Positions 23,696 to 33,497 of a DNA stretch of 64,000 bases are shown here, piece by piece. The number at the start of each line of letters is the position of its first letter. Position 1 is the stretch's first letter. The translations under genes and the position numbers were made by a program. Source of the DNA: Alphaproteobacteria bacterium (GTDB lineage Bacteria > Pseudomonadota > Alphaproteobacteria > UBA828); contig CBDEUP010000007.1 of the NCBI GenBank assembly GCA_965243315.1, positions 1,752,221-1,816,220 on the forward strand, written 5' to 3'. A model generated the notes under the pieces. It was not told the DNA's origin and made no database searches. It saw only the letters and a list, made by a program, of their open reading frames with translations.

Positions 23696-24565
23696 GTGGA
23701 TACAAACTCTCCGGCCGGCGTCCAGACGCAGGGGCCAGAGGAAGGTCGGCCTGTCGGCGAGCAGCCTCCCTCGGATGCCCTGATCGACATCAGGGACGTC
23801 AAGCTTACCTATGAGACCAAGGACGGAAGACTGCCCGTCCTCGACGGCGTCGACATGCGGGTTCCCGAGGGGGGCTTTGTGGCCGTGGTCGGCCCCTCTG
23901 GTTGCGGCAAGTCAACTCTCACGCGCTTGATCGCCGGCCTGCTGGAGCCGAATGCGGGCGAGGTCTGGCTGCACGGGGAGCGGGTGACGGGCCCGAAATC
24001 CTCGGTCGGAATGGCATTCCAGAACCCGGTTCTGCTTGAATGGCGTTCCGTGCTGCGCAACGTGACGCTGCCGCTCGAGCTCGTGGCTCCTCGCATGCCA
24101 AAGCGGGAGAAGGAGGAGCGCGCGCTGGAGCTTCTGACCCTCGTCGGCCTCGAGGGATTTGAGCGCAAGCGGCCGAGCGAGCTTTCGGGCGGCATGCGTC
24201 AGCGCGCCTCGCTTTGCCGCTCGATCGTGCACAAGCCGGAAGTGCTTATCCTCGATGAGCCGTTCGGGGCGCTGGATGCGTTCACGCGCGAAGACCTCTG
24301 GCAGACGATGCAGAAGGTGAAGTCGGAGGAGCCGTTCACCGGCGTCATGATCACGCACGATCTGCGGGAATCGATCTTTCTCGCGGATCAGGTGATCGTG
24401 CTGTCCGGCCGTCCGGCGATCACGCAATACACGATGGAGGTCCCGTGGAAGGGCGAACGGGACCTCGGCCTCCTCTACACCGCGGAGGGGACAGAGATGC
24501 TGGGGGAACTTCGGGACCAGATACAGATCGCGCAGGGCAGAGCCCCGCAGGAGGAGGGCGCATGA
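23696..24565 (+). CDS. NitT/TauT-family ABC transporter ATP-binding protein
   Basis: Walker A GPSGCGKST, signature LSGGMRQRASLCRSIV and Walker B ILDEPF. Confidence 0.9.
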   Translation: MDTNSPAGVQTQGPEEGRPVGEQPPSDALIDIRDVKLTYETKDGRLPVLDGVDMRVPEGGFVAVVGPSGCGKSTLTRLIAGLLEPNAGEVWLHGERVTGPKSSVGMAFQNPVLLEWRSVLRNVTLPLELVAPRMPKREKEERALELLTLVGLEGFERKRPSELSGGMRQRASLCRSIVHKPEVLILDEPFGALDAFTREDLWQTMQKVKSEEPFTGVMITHDLRESIFLADQVIVLSGRPAITQYTMEVPWKGERDLGLLYTAEGTEMLGELRDQIQIAQGRAPQEEGA

Positions 24566-25320
24566 ACTGGCGCCTTTTTGCGCCGGTTATCGCAATCATC
24601 GTGTTCGCCCTGCTCTGGGAGGCGGTAGTTTGGGTGAACGACTGGCCGAACTACAAGATGGCCTCACCCTCGGATCTTGGACCTGCCTTCTGGAAGTTCC
24701 GCTGGCTCTTCCTTGAGTACGGATGGGACACGCTCTGGCGAACCGTGGCGGGGCTCCTTCTGTCCGTGGCCGTCGGCGTGCTTCTCGGCATGATCATGGG
24801 GCTGAACCGGACCATGCGGGATGCGCTTTACCCGCTGCTCGTCGGCTTCAACGCCATACCCAAGGCGACCGTCGTCCCCATCATCGCGCTGCTGTTCGTC
24901 GGCGCGCACGACATGAACACGATCCTGATCGCGTTCCTGATCTCCTTCTTTCCCATCGCCGTTTCCGTCTCGATCGGGCTCTCCACGCTGGAGCCGGAAT
25001 ACCGTGACATCCTCGCCGCGCTCGGCGCCTCCCGCTTCACGATCTTCTGGAAGATCGCGCTTCCGAAGACGCTGCCGGAGTTTTTCGGGGCCCTCAAGGT
25101 CGCGGTCACGCTTGCCTTCATTGGCACGAACCTGATGGAGATCGTGGAACCGCATGGGCGCGGACTCGGCCATCTGTTTGATAGCGGCAAGATCAGCGCG
25201 GACTATCCCCTGATGTTTGCCGTGCTCATTGCGCTCGCGGCCCTTGGCATTCTGCTCTTCTACGTTGTCGTGGTGCTGGAGCGCATCTTCGCTGGCTGGG
25301 CCGAGCGCTCGCCGACGTGA
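24562..25320 (+). CDS. NitT/TauT-family ABC transporter permease
   Basis: Start MNWRLFAPVIAIIVFALLW overlaps the ATPase stop by 4 nt. The protein is a polytopic membrane protein. Confidence 0.85.
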   Translation: MNWRLFAPVIAIIVFALLWEAVVWVNDWPNYKMASPSDLGPAFWKFRWLFLEYGWDTLWRTVAGLLLSVAVGVLLGMIMGLNRTMRDALYPLLVGFNAIPKATVVPIIALLFVGAHDMNTILIAFLISFFPIAVSVSIGLSTLEPEYRDILAALGASRFTIFWKIALPKTLPEFFGALKVAVTLAFIGTNLMEIVEPHGRGLGHLFDSGKISADYPLMFAVLIALAALGILLFYVVVVLERIFAGWAERSPT

Positions 25321-25332
25321 CCCTGACGAGAC

Positions 25333-26682
25333 ATGCGGGCTAGGATCGTGCCCGACGAGTCCGCAAGGGAGGCGACGGTGGATATCGCGGCGCTGCGCGC
25401 GGCTGGCGCGCGTCATCTGATCCAGGGCGAGCTGCTCTCGGACGTGGTTCCGGCCGCCGACGGGCCCGTCTTCGTCCGTGCCGACGGCGCGGAGATCTTC
25501 GATTCCGAGGGCCAGGCCTACCTCGATTTCAACTCGGGCCAGATGTGCTCGGCGATCGGCCACAACAACCCGCGCGTGACCCAGGCGGTGCGCGAGGGCC
25601 TGGGCACGCTCACCCATGCGAGCTCGGTCTATTTCAACGAGCCGCAGCTGCGGCTTGCCGCACGGCTTGCGGAGACCTTCGATGCGCCGCTCAGCCGCTC
25701 GCTCTTCATCCAGTCCGGCGCCGATTCCAACGAGGCAGCGGTGCTCTTCGCCCGGCGCGCGACCGGGCGCAGCGGCATCGGCGCGCTGCACTTGGCCTTC
25801 CACGGCTACACCGACGTGACCCGCGCCATCAGCTTCGCCGCGACCACCGCCGGCACCGGACCCTCAATCCCGGACGTGCACGCGATCCCGGCGCCCTACG
25901 CCTACCGCTCGCCGGTGGGGGCTGACGGCGACGAGTGGTGGGCGCCGCTGCTCGCCATCGCCTTCGACCTGCTCGACCGCGAATGCCCCAACAATCTGGC
26001 GGCCGTCATCGCCGAGCCCCTGATCAGCGCGGGCGGGGTGATCGAGATGCCGCCCGGCTACCTCAAGGCGCTCAAGGCGGGGCTGGAGGCGCGCGGCGCG
26101 CTGCTCATTCTGGACGAGGCGCAGACCGGGCTTGGAAAGCTCGGCACCCTCTACGCCTACCAGCAGCACGGCGTGGTGCCGGACATCATGACGCTGTCGA
26201 AGCACTTCGGCGGGGGGCTCCCCATCAGCGCCATGGTGACGACGGACGCGATCGCCGAGCGCGCGCTCGAGGGCGGGCTCACCTTCGGCCATTCGCATTC
26301 GTCCGATCCCATCGCCTGCACGGCGGGACTCGCCAGCCTGGACGAAATACTGATCGAGGACCTGCCCGCCAAGGCCCGCGCGGTCGGCACGTACTGGCGC
26401 CAGCGCATGGAGGGCCTGCAGCAGCGCTTTCCCATGATCGGCGACGTGCGCGGCAAGGGCTGCCTACAAGGGGTCGAGCTGGTCCGCGACCGCTCCACCA
26501 AAGAGCCCGCGAGCGAAGAGGCGAAGGAAATCTTCCGCGAAAGCCTGGGCGAGGGGCTGCTGTTCTCGGTGCGCGGCCAGCACCGCAACGTGCTCCGCTT
26601 CGTGCCGCCCTTCTGCACCAGCGAAGCGCAGATCGACCGCGCCGCCGCGATCCTGGAGCGCGCGCTGGCGCGTCACGGCTGA
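25333..26682 (+). CDS. Class-III (omega) aminotransferase, PLP-dependent
   Basis: About 450 aa, with LILDEAQTGLGKLG containing the PLP-lysine region and features of the aspartate-aminotransferase fold type I, class III family. Possibly taurine/beta-alanine--pyruvate type, by context only. Confidence 0.8.
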   Translation: MRARIVPDESAREATVDIAALRAAGARHLIQGELLSDVVPAADGPVFVRADGAEIFDSEGQAYLDFNSGQMCSAIGHNNPRVTQAVREGLGTLTHASSVYFNEPQLRLAARLAETFDAPLSRSLFIQSGADSNEAAVLFARRATGRSGIGALHLAFHGYTDVTRAISFAATTAGTGPSIPDVHAIPAPYAYRSPVGADGDEWWAPLLAIAFDLLDRECPNNLAAVIAEPLISAGGVIEMPPGYLKALKAGLEARGALLILDEAQTGLGKLGTLYAYQQHGVVPDIMTLSKHFGGGLPISAMVTTDAIAERALEGGLTFGHSHSSDPIACTAGLASLDEILIEDLPAKARAVGTYWRQRMEGLQQRFPMIGDVRGKGCLQGVELVRDRSTKEPASEEAKEIFRESLGEGLLFSVRGQHRNVLRFVPPFCTSEAQIDRAAAILERALARHG

Positions 26683-26736
26683 GGCGGCGATGGCTTTAGT
26701 TCTCCGCCTGGCCCTATCGGCCAGCGGGTCTCGCAC

Positions 26737-27939
26737 ATGAGCAGGCCCACCACAGGCGTGCTCGCGCTCGTCCTCTGCGCGGCCCTGGTGCTCACGATCA
26801 GCAACGGGCTTCGCAGCAGTTTCGGCCTCTTCCTCACGCCGATGAGCCTCGACATCGGGATCTCGCGCGAGACGTTTGCGCTGGCCATCGCGATCCAGGG
26901 TCTCGTATGGGGGATCAGCCAGCCCATCTTCGGTGCGCTCGCTGACCGCCACGGGGCGGTGCGCGTCGTCCTGCTCGGGACCGTGATCTACGTCGCAGGC
27001 CTGCTGTGGATGGCCTGGGCCGACGGCGCTCTCGGGCTTCACCTGAGCCAGGGTGTGCTCGTCGCCCTCGGCATCAGCGCCACCGGGTTCGCGGTGGTGT
27101 TGGGGCCGGTGGGGCGTGCCGTGCCACCGGAGCGGCGCAGCATGGCGCTCGGCATCGCGGCAGCCGGCGGCTCCTTCGGACAGTTCGCGCTGGCGCCTGT
27201 CGGCGGCGCCTTGATCGACGGTGTCGGCTGGTCGATGGCGCTGATTGCTTACTGCGGGATCGCGGCCATGATGATCCCGTGTCTCCTCGGCATGCGCGGC
27301 AGCCACAGGCCGCCCGAGGGCAGCGCCCAAACGCTGAGCGAAGCGCTTGCCGAGGCCCGCGCTCACAGCGGCTTCTGGCTACTCTGCGGCGGCTTCTTCG
27401 TCTGCGGCTTCCATGTCTACTTCATCGCGACACACCTGCCGCCCTTCATCACCGACGCGGGGCTTGCGCCGATGCTGGGGGCGACGGCGATTGCCGTGAT
27501 CGGGCTCGGCAACATCGTCGGCACCTTCGCCGCCGGCTGGCTCGGCGATCGACACCGCAAGAAGTACGTGCTCTCGTTCTTCTACCTCGGCCGGGCGGCG
27601 GTCCTCGGCATCTTCCTCGTGGCGCCGGTGACCGAGGCAAGCGTGCTGGTGTTCTCCGCACTGATGGGCCTGCTCTGGCTCGGGACGGTGCCGCTCACCA
27701 GCGGTCTCGTCGCCCAAATCTTCGGGCCGCGCTACCTTGGCGCGCTCTTCGGCCTCGTCTTCTTCAGCCACCAGCTCGGCTCCTTTCTCGGCGCTTGGCT
27801 CGGCGGCTATCTGTACGACACGACCGGCTCCTACGACATGGTGTGGCTAACCGCGGTGGCGCTCGGTGTAGCGGCGGCGGTGCTGCACTGGCCGATCCGC
27901 GACCGGCCGCTCGTGCGCCAGGAGGCAGGCGCGGGCTAA
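26737..27939 (+). CDS. MFS transporter
   Basis: 12-TM hydrophobic profile of about 400 aa. Confidence 0.8.
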   Translation: MSRPTTGVLALVLCAALVLTISNGLRSSFGLFLTPMSLDIGISRETFALAIAIQGLVWGISQPIFGALADRHGAVRVVLLGTVIYVAGLLWMAWADGALGLHLSQGVLVALGISATGFAVVLGPVGRAVPPERRSMALGIAAAGGSFGQFALAPVGGALIDGVGWSMALIAYCGIAAMMIPCLLGMRGSHRPPEGSAQTLSEALAEARAHSGFWLLCGGFFVCGFHVYFIATHLPPFITDAGLAPMLGATAIAVIGLGNIVGTFAAGWLGDRHRKKYVLSFFYLGRAAVLGIFLVAPVTEASVLVFSALMGLLWLGTVPLTSGLVAQIFGPRYLGALFGLVFFSHQLGSFLGAWLGGYLYDTTGSYDMVWLTAVALGVAAAVLHWPIRDRPLVRQEAGAG

Positions 27940-28004
27940 GGCAGATTGGAGCGAATAACGATAAGTTGCTTGGTGCGTTGGGCGCAGCGGGTTTACGCTG
28001 GCGC

Positions 28005-28583
28005 ATGGTGCCCTGGAGACGCTGCCTGCGATGCCTGCCTGCGCTGGCACTCGCGCTGCTGCTGGCGCTCGGCGCTACGGGAACTGCCTTGGCGGATCAG
28101 AACGACCCAGCGCTGGACGGCCTCTTCCACGACCTCAAGGCCGCGCAGAGCCCGCAGTTGGTCCGCCAGATCGAGGCGCAGATCTGGGCGCGCTGGTTCG
28201 ACACTGGCTCCGAAAAGATGGACCGCATGCTTCGGGCGGGTGATATCGCGCTCTCCACAGGTCAGTACAACCAGTCGTACGCAATCCTCAACGGAGTCAT
28301 CGAACTCCGGCCCGACCTTTCCGAAGGCTGGAACCGCCGCGCGACGCTGCGCTACCTGATGGGCGACTACGAGGGCTCGATCGCCGACATCGCCGAGACC
28401 CTCAAGCGCGAGCCGCGCCACTTCGGCGCTCTCTCTGGTTTGGGTCTTTGCCAGCTCAGGCTCGGCAACGAGGAGGAGGCGCTCGACGCGTTCGAGCAGG
28501 CGCTGATCCACAATCCCCACATGCAGGGCGTGAAGCGGAACGTGAGGGAGCTTCGCGACCGGCTTGGCCGCCACGCGATCTGA
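28005..28583 (+). CDS. Secreted TPR-repeat protein
   Basis: Start MVPWRRCLRCLPALALALLLALGATGTALA with a signal peptide, followed by TPR-like repeats. The longer ORF from 27006 is a read-through artifact over the MFS gene. Confidence 0.6.
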   Translation: MVPWRRCLRCLPALALALLLALGATGTALADQNDPALDGLFHDLKAAQSPQLVRQIEAQIWARWFDTGSEKMDRMLRAGDIALSTGQYNQSYAILNGVIELRPDLSEGWNRRATLRYLMGDYEGSIADIAETLKREPRHFGALSGLGLCQLRLGNEEEALDAFEQALIHNPHMQGVKRNVRELRDRLGRHAI

Positions 28584-28603
28584 ACGTCCGGCGCAGGCGC
28601 CAC

Positions 28604-30046
28604 CTACCGCCGTAATGCCCGGCCCGGCCGATTGCCGGTGGCCTCGCCCCCCTCACGCACGATGGCGCCGTTCACCATGACGATGTCGATGCCGGCGGCG
28701 GGCCGCGTCGGCGCCTCGAAGGTCGCCTCATCGGCGATGGTCTCGGCATCGAACATCACGAGATCGGCATAGGCGCCGGCGCGCACCTCGCCGCGATCGG
28801 TGAGGCCGAACTGGGCGGCGGTGAGCCCGGTCATGCGGCGCACCGCATCCTCCAGGGTGAGCAGGCCGAGCTCGCGCGAATAGTGGCCGAGCACGCGCGG
28901 GAAGGTGCCCCACAGCCTGGGGTGCGGGTGGCGGTCGTGGGGCAGGCCGTCGGAGCCGATCATGCTGTGTTCGAAGGCGATGATGCGGCGCACGTCCGCC
29001 TCGTCCATCATGAAGTAGATGCCGCCCGCCGGTTGCAGCTTCGGCACGGCGGCCACTGGACCGAGGCCGAGCGCGGCGGCCACGTCTTCGAGGTCCTGGC
29101 CCGCATACTCCGGATGCGGCTCGGACCAGGTGACGATCACGCGTTCCGCCTTCTCCACCATCTCCGCCAGCAGCACCGTGGAGCCTGCGGTGTAGGGGTA
29201 GACGTCGAGGCCGACCGCCTGGGTCTCGCGCGTCTTCTCGATCAGCGCGAGCGTGTCGCGACTTCGCCCGAAGTTCTGCCGGCCTGCGCACTTGTGGTGG
29301 GAGATGACGACGCCGGCGCCGGCCTGGCGGCCGATCTCGAAGGCCTCCTCCATCGCCTCCTCGACGCCGTCGTGCTCGTTGCGCATGTGGGTGACGTAAA
29401 GGCCGCCGGCGGCGCCCGCGACCTCCGCCACCGCCGCGACCTCGTCGGTGGTCGCCGCCTTGTTGGGGCCGTAGATGAGCCCGGTGCTAAAGCCGAGCGC
29501 CCCGGCCTCCATGCCCTCGGCCAGCCGCTCGCGCATGGCGTCGATCTCGCCCGACGTGGCCGGGCGATCGACATCGTCCATGGTGTCGAGGCGGAGCGCC
29601 GAATGGCCGACCAGCAGGCCCGCATTGGCGGCCGGCGGGTTCTCGTCCAGCGCCGCGACGTAGTCGGCGAAGCGGGGGTAGCGGAAGTCGGCGGGCGGGC
29701 CGAGCAGGTCGAGCGGCGGCGGTATGGGCCGGCCGGGCTTGAGCGGCGCGAGGCTCACCCCGCAATTGCCGGCGATCACCGTGGTGACGCCCTGGCTGGT
29801 CTTGGGGGTCACGTCCGGGTCCACCAGCAGCAGGTTGTCGTCGTGGGTGTGGGCGTCGATGAAGCCCGGCGAGACGATGCGCCCGGTCGCGTCGATGGTT
29901 CGCGCGGCCTCAGCGCCTGCCAGATCGCCGACGGCGGCGATGCGGTCTCCGGCGACCGCGACATCGGCCCGCTGGCGCGGCACACCCGTGCCGTCGATCA
30001 CCGTGCCGCCCGTGAAGAGGACGTCGTATCGCCCTTCCGCCGCCAT
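28604..30046 (-). CDS. N-acyl-D-amino-acid deacylase (D-aminoacylase) family amidohydrolase
   Basis: MAAEGRYDVLFTGGTVIDGTG...SPGFIDAHTHDD is the D-aminoacylase N-terminal signature. Confidence 0.85.
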   Translation of the reverse strand: MAAEGRYDVLFTGGTVIDGTGVPRQRADVAVAGDRIAAVGDLAGAEAARTIDATGRIVSPGFIDAHTHDDNLLLVDPDVTPKTSQGVTTVIAGNCGVSLAPLKPGRPIPPPLDLLGPPADFRYPRFADYVAALDENPPAANAGLLVGHSALRLDTMDDVDRPATSGEIDAMRERLAEGMEAGALGFSTGLIYGPNKAATTDEVAAVAEVAGAAGGLYVTHMRNEHDGVEEAMEEAFEIGRQAGAGVVISHHKCAGRQNFGRSRDTLALIEKTRETQAVGLDVYPYTAGSTVLLAEMVEKAERVIVTWSEPHPEYAGQDLEDVAAALGLGPVAAVPKLQPAGGIYFMMDEADVRRIIAFEHSMIGSDGLPHDRHPHPRLWGTFPRVLGHYSRELGLLTLEDAVRRMTGLTAAQFGLTDRGEVRAGAYADLVMFDAETIADEATFEAPTRPAAGIDIVMVNGAIVREGGEATGNRPGRALRR

Positions 30047-30284
30047 CGTCGCCTCCCGCTTTTGCCTGCGTCTGCCGGTGGGACCATGACGGCGGCGGCG
30101 GGCCGTGACAACAGGCTTTGGTCTCTGTGGGGGCGGCTAGTATGGTGCCGCTCGATGAAGGAAGAGCTGCGCCCAATCCCCAGCGATGCTGACGAGAGAG
30201 AACCCGCTCCCGCCAAGGGTCTGGGGACGGCGCTGCATGCGCTCTTCAGACCTCTTGGAGGCGTAGAGCTCGATCTTCCGCCAC

Positions 30285-31031
30285 GTGAGCCGATGCGTGA
30301 GCCGCCTCGGTTCGACTGACGCGCGCATGAGCGACAGCGATAGGAATATGGAGGGCGGCGCGGGTGCCGATCTTGCGGCGCTGCAGTTCGGCGACAGCTT
30401 CTTCCCGAGCGGGGCTGTGTCGTTCTCGCTTGGGCTGGAGACGCTCCACGCCGACGGCATCGTGGCTGACGCCGCCGGCCTCGACGAGTTCCTTACCGAC
30501 CAGGCGATGGACCGCTGGGCCACGGCCGAGCGTGCCTTCTTCGCCGCCGCCCACGAAGCCTGCCCGGACTGGCCGGCGGTTGCCGAGATCGACGCCCTGC
30601 AGGAGGCGATGACGCTGCCGCGCGAGCTGCGCGAGGGCTCGCGCAAGGGCGGCGCCGCGCTGCTCGGCGTTCATGCGCGCATGGAGACGCCGGGTGCCCA
30701 GGACTACCGGGAGCGGCTGCGGGCCGGTTCCGCGCACGGCCATCTCGCCGTGGTGCAAGGCGTGGTGCTCAAGGGTGCGGACCTCGACCTCGCCCGTGCC
30801 GAGGCGGTGAGCCTGCACGGGCACTGCACGATGATCCTGGGTGCCGCGCTCAGGCTCGGCTTGATCGGCCACCTCGACGGGCAGATCATACTGCGCGGAC
30901 TCAGGCCCCGGATGGCGGCGCTCTTGGCGGAGCCGGCGCCCGGCCTCGATGAGGCCCGCTCCTACGCGCCGCTCGCCGATGTCGCCGCCGCCCGCCACGA
31001 GGAAGCGGCGGTTCGACTCTTCAGCAACTGA
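30285..31031 (+). CDS. ureF: Urease accessory protein UreF
   Basis: LQFGDSFFPSGAVSFSLGLE matches the UreF N-terminal motif. Start could be 30327 or 30345 instead. Confidence 0.7.
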   Translation: MSRCVSRLGSTDARMSDSDRNMEGGAGADLAALQFGDSFFPSGAVSFSLGLETLHADGIVADAAGLDEFLTDQAMDRWATAERAFFAAAHEACPDWPAVAEIDALQEAMTLPRELREGSRKGGAALLGVHARMETPGAQDYRERLRAGSAHGHLAVVQGVVLKGADLDLARAEAVSLHGHCTMILGAALRLGLIGHLDGQIILRGLRPRMAALLAEPAPGLDEARSYAPLADVAAARHEEAAVRLFSN

Positions 31032-31046
31032 CCAGGGTGGCCCACG

Positions 31047-31742
31047 ATGCTGTTGACACCGACCGAGATGGAGCGGCTGACGATCTACACCGCCGCCGAG
31101 CTCGCGCGAAAGCGCCGAGCGCGCGGGCGCGCCCTCAACCACCCCGAGGCCGTGGCGCTGATCAGTGACGAGATTCTCGAAGGCGCGCGCGACGGACGCT
31201 CGGTGGCGGAGCTGATCGAGCACGGTGCCACCATCCTTACTACCGACGATGTCATGCCCGGCGTCGCCGAGATGATGCCGGTGCTGCAGGTAGAGGGCAC
31301 CTTCCCCGACGGCACCAAGCTGGTCACGGTCCATGATCCCATCCGCCCCGGCGAGAAGGCGCAAGATGTCAGTGTCAGACCGGGCGAGATCATTCCGGCC
31401 GACGGCGATATCGAAATCAACGCGGGCCGGCCCACCGCCACGGTCGCCGTCACCAACACCGGCGACCGGCCGGTGCAGATCGGCAGCCACTATCACTTCT
31501 TCGAGGTGAACCGTCATCTCGACTTCGACCGCACCACCTCCTTCGGGATGCGCCTCGACATCCCGGCCGGCACGGCAGTGCGCTTCGCGCCGGGCGAGAC
31601 CAAGGAGGTGACGCTCGTCGAGTTCGGCGGCAGCGGCGAGATGGTGGGACTCAACGACCTAACCCAGGGCTCGCGGCGCTCCGAGAGCGTCAAGCAGGAG
31701 GCGCTGGCCCGTGCCCGCGCCCGCGGCTTCAAGGGGGCTTGA
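31047..31742 (+). CDS. ureAB: Urease gamma-beta fused subunit (UreA+UreB fusion)
   Basis: [43 protein letters not shown] is gamma-subunit sequence. It is followed by beta-subunit sequence [31 protein letters not shown] in a single 231-aa protein. Confidence 0.9.
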   Translation: MLLTPTEMERLTIYTAAELARKRRARGRALNHPEAVALISDEILEGARDGRSVAELIEHGATILTTDDVMPGVAEMMPVLQVEGTFPDGTKLVTVHDPIRPGEKAQDVSVRPGEIIPADGDIEINAGRPTATVAVTNTGDRPVQIGSHYHFFEVNRHLDFDRTTSFGMRLDIPAGTAVRFAPGETKEVTLVEFGGSGEMVGLNDLTQGSRRSESVKQEALARARARGFKGA

Positions 31743-31745
31743 GCG

Positions 31746-33458
31746 ATGGCACGGATGAGCAGGGCGGAGTACGCGGCGCTCTACGGGCCCACGACCGGCG
31801 ACTGCGTGCGCTTGGGCGACAGCGAGCTCTTGGCCGAGATCGAGCACGACCACGGCGTGCCGGGGGAGGAGTGCCTGCACGGCGGCGGCAAGACGCTGCG
31901 TGACGGCATCGGCCTCGTCGCCGGGCTCGACAGCGCCGGCGGCTCGCTCGACTTTCTGATCTCCAACGCGGTCGTCATCGATCCCGTCCTGGGTATCGTC
32001 AAAGGCGATATCGGCATCAAGGAGGGCCTCATCGCCGGCGTCGGCAAGGCCGGCAATCCGGCGGTGATGGACGGGGTGGACCCCGCGCTGCTCTGCGGTG
32101 CCGCGACCACGGTGCGCGATGCGGAAGGGTTGATTGCGACGCCCGGTGGCATCGATGTCCACGTCCATTTCGACAGCGCGCAACTCTGCGAGCACGCGAT
32201 CTCAAGCGGGGTCACGACGATGCTGGGCGGCTCGCTCGGGCCGATCACCGTCGGCATCGACTGCGGCGGCGCCTGGAACGTCGGCAAGATGCTGCAGGCG
32301 GCCGAATCCTGGCCGATCAATTTCGGTTTCCTCGGTCGCGGCAACTCAGCCAAGCCGCTCTCGCTGGTGGACCAGATCGCGGGCGGCTGCATGGGGCTCA
32401 AGATCCACGAGGACTGGGGCGCCATGCCGGCGGCGATCGATACCTGCCTCGACGTTGCCGATGAGATGGACTTTCAGGTCCAGCTCCACACCGACACGCT
32501 GAACGAGAGCGGCTTCCTGGAGGAGACGCTGGCCGCCATCAGGGGTCGCACGATCCACATGTACCACGCGGAAGGCGCCGGGGGCGGACACGCACCCGAC
32601 ATCATTCGCATCACCGGCGAGCCTAACTGCCTGCCGTCGTCCACCAACCCCACCAATCCCTACACGCGCAACACCTTCGACGAACACCTCGACATGATCA
32701 TGGTCTGCCACCACCTGAACCCGGCGGTGCCTGAGGACGTGGCCTTCGCCGAGAGCAGAATTCGCGCGCAAACCATCGCCGCCGAGGACGTGCTGCACGA
32801 CATCGGCGCGATCTCGATGCTGGGTTCGGACAGCCAGGGGATGGGGCGGATCAACGAGGTCATCTGCCGCACCTGGCAACTTGCCTCCAAGATGCGGCGC
32901 CAGCGCGGGCGGCTCGCGTCGGAGCAGACCGCCAAGGGCGACAACGAGCGGATCAAGCGCTACATCGCGAAGTACACCATTAACGCGGCCCGCACCTTCG
33001 GCATCGACCGGCACATCGGTTCGCTGGAGGCGGGCAAGCTCGCGGACGTGGTGCTCTGGCGCCCGGCCTTCTTCGGCATCAAGCCCGAGCTGGTCATCAA
33101 GGGGGGCTTCATCGTGTGGTCGGCAATGGGCGACAGCGCCGCCTCGCTGATGACCTGCGAGCCGCTGCTCATGCGCCCGCAATGGGGCGCCTTCGGCCGG
33201 GCCAAGGAAGCGCTGAGCCTGAGCTTCGTCTCGCAGGCGGCGGCCGACGCGGATATCGCGGGAAGGCTCGGATTGGAGAGCCGCACCGTGCCTGTGCAGG
33301 GCACGCGCAAGCTCGCCAAGGGCCACATGCTGCATAACGGCGCGTGCCCCGAGGTGACGGTCGATCCCGAGACCTTCGAGGTGCGCGTCGACGGCGAGCT
33401 CGCGACCTGCGAGCCGGCCGACGAGCTGCCGCTCGCTCAGCGCTACATGCTGCGCTAG
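31746..33458 (+). CDS. ureC: Urease alpha subunit
   Basis: Near-collinear identity to known UreC, including the HxH site (GGIDVHVHF), carbamyl-Lys region [36 protein letters not shown] and GSDSQGMGR. Confidence 0.95.
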   Translation: MARMSRAEYAALYGPTTGDCVRLGDSELLAEIEHDHGVPGEECLHGGGKTLRDGIGLVAGLDSAGGSLDFLISNAVVIDPVLGIVKGDIGIKEGLIAGVGKAGNPAVMDGVDPALLCGAATTVRDAEGLIATPGGIDVHVHFDSAQLCEHAISSGVTTMLGGSLGPITVGIDCGGAWNVGKMLQAAESWPINFGFLGRGNSAKPLSLVDQIAGGCMGLKIHEDWGAMPAAIDTCLDVADEMDFQVQLHTDTLNESGFLEETLAAIRGRTIHMYHAEGAGGGHAPDIIRITGEPNCLPSSTNPTNPYTRNTFDEHLDMIMVCHHLNPAVPEDVAFAESRIRAQTIAAEDVLHDIGAISMLGSDSQGMGRINEVICRTWQLASKMRRQRGRLASEQTAKGDNERIKRYIAKYTINAARTFGIDRHIGSLEAGKLADVVLWRPAFFGIKPELVIKGGFIVWSAMGDSAASLMTCEPLLMRPQWGAFGRAKEALSLSFVSQAAADADIAGRLGLESRTVPVQGTRKLAKGHMLHNGACPEVTVDPETFEVRVDGELATCEPADELPLAQRYMLR

Positions 33459-33497
33459 GCGCGAGAGGGGGCAGGAGGCACGCGCAGGAGCCGGAGG

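Noticed and set aside
27006-28004. N-terminal extension of the 525-aa ORF over the MFS transporter gene
   Set aside because: The extension is a read-through in another frame of the MFS gene. The real protein starts at the signal peptide MVPWRR at 28005.
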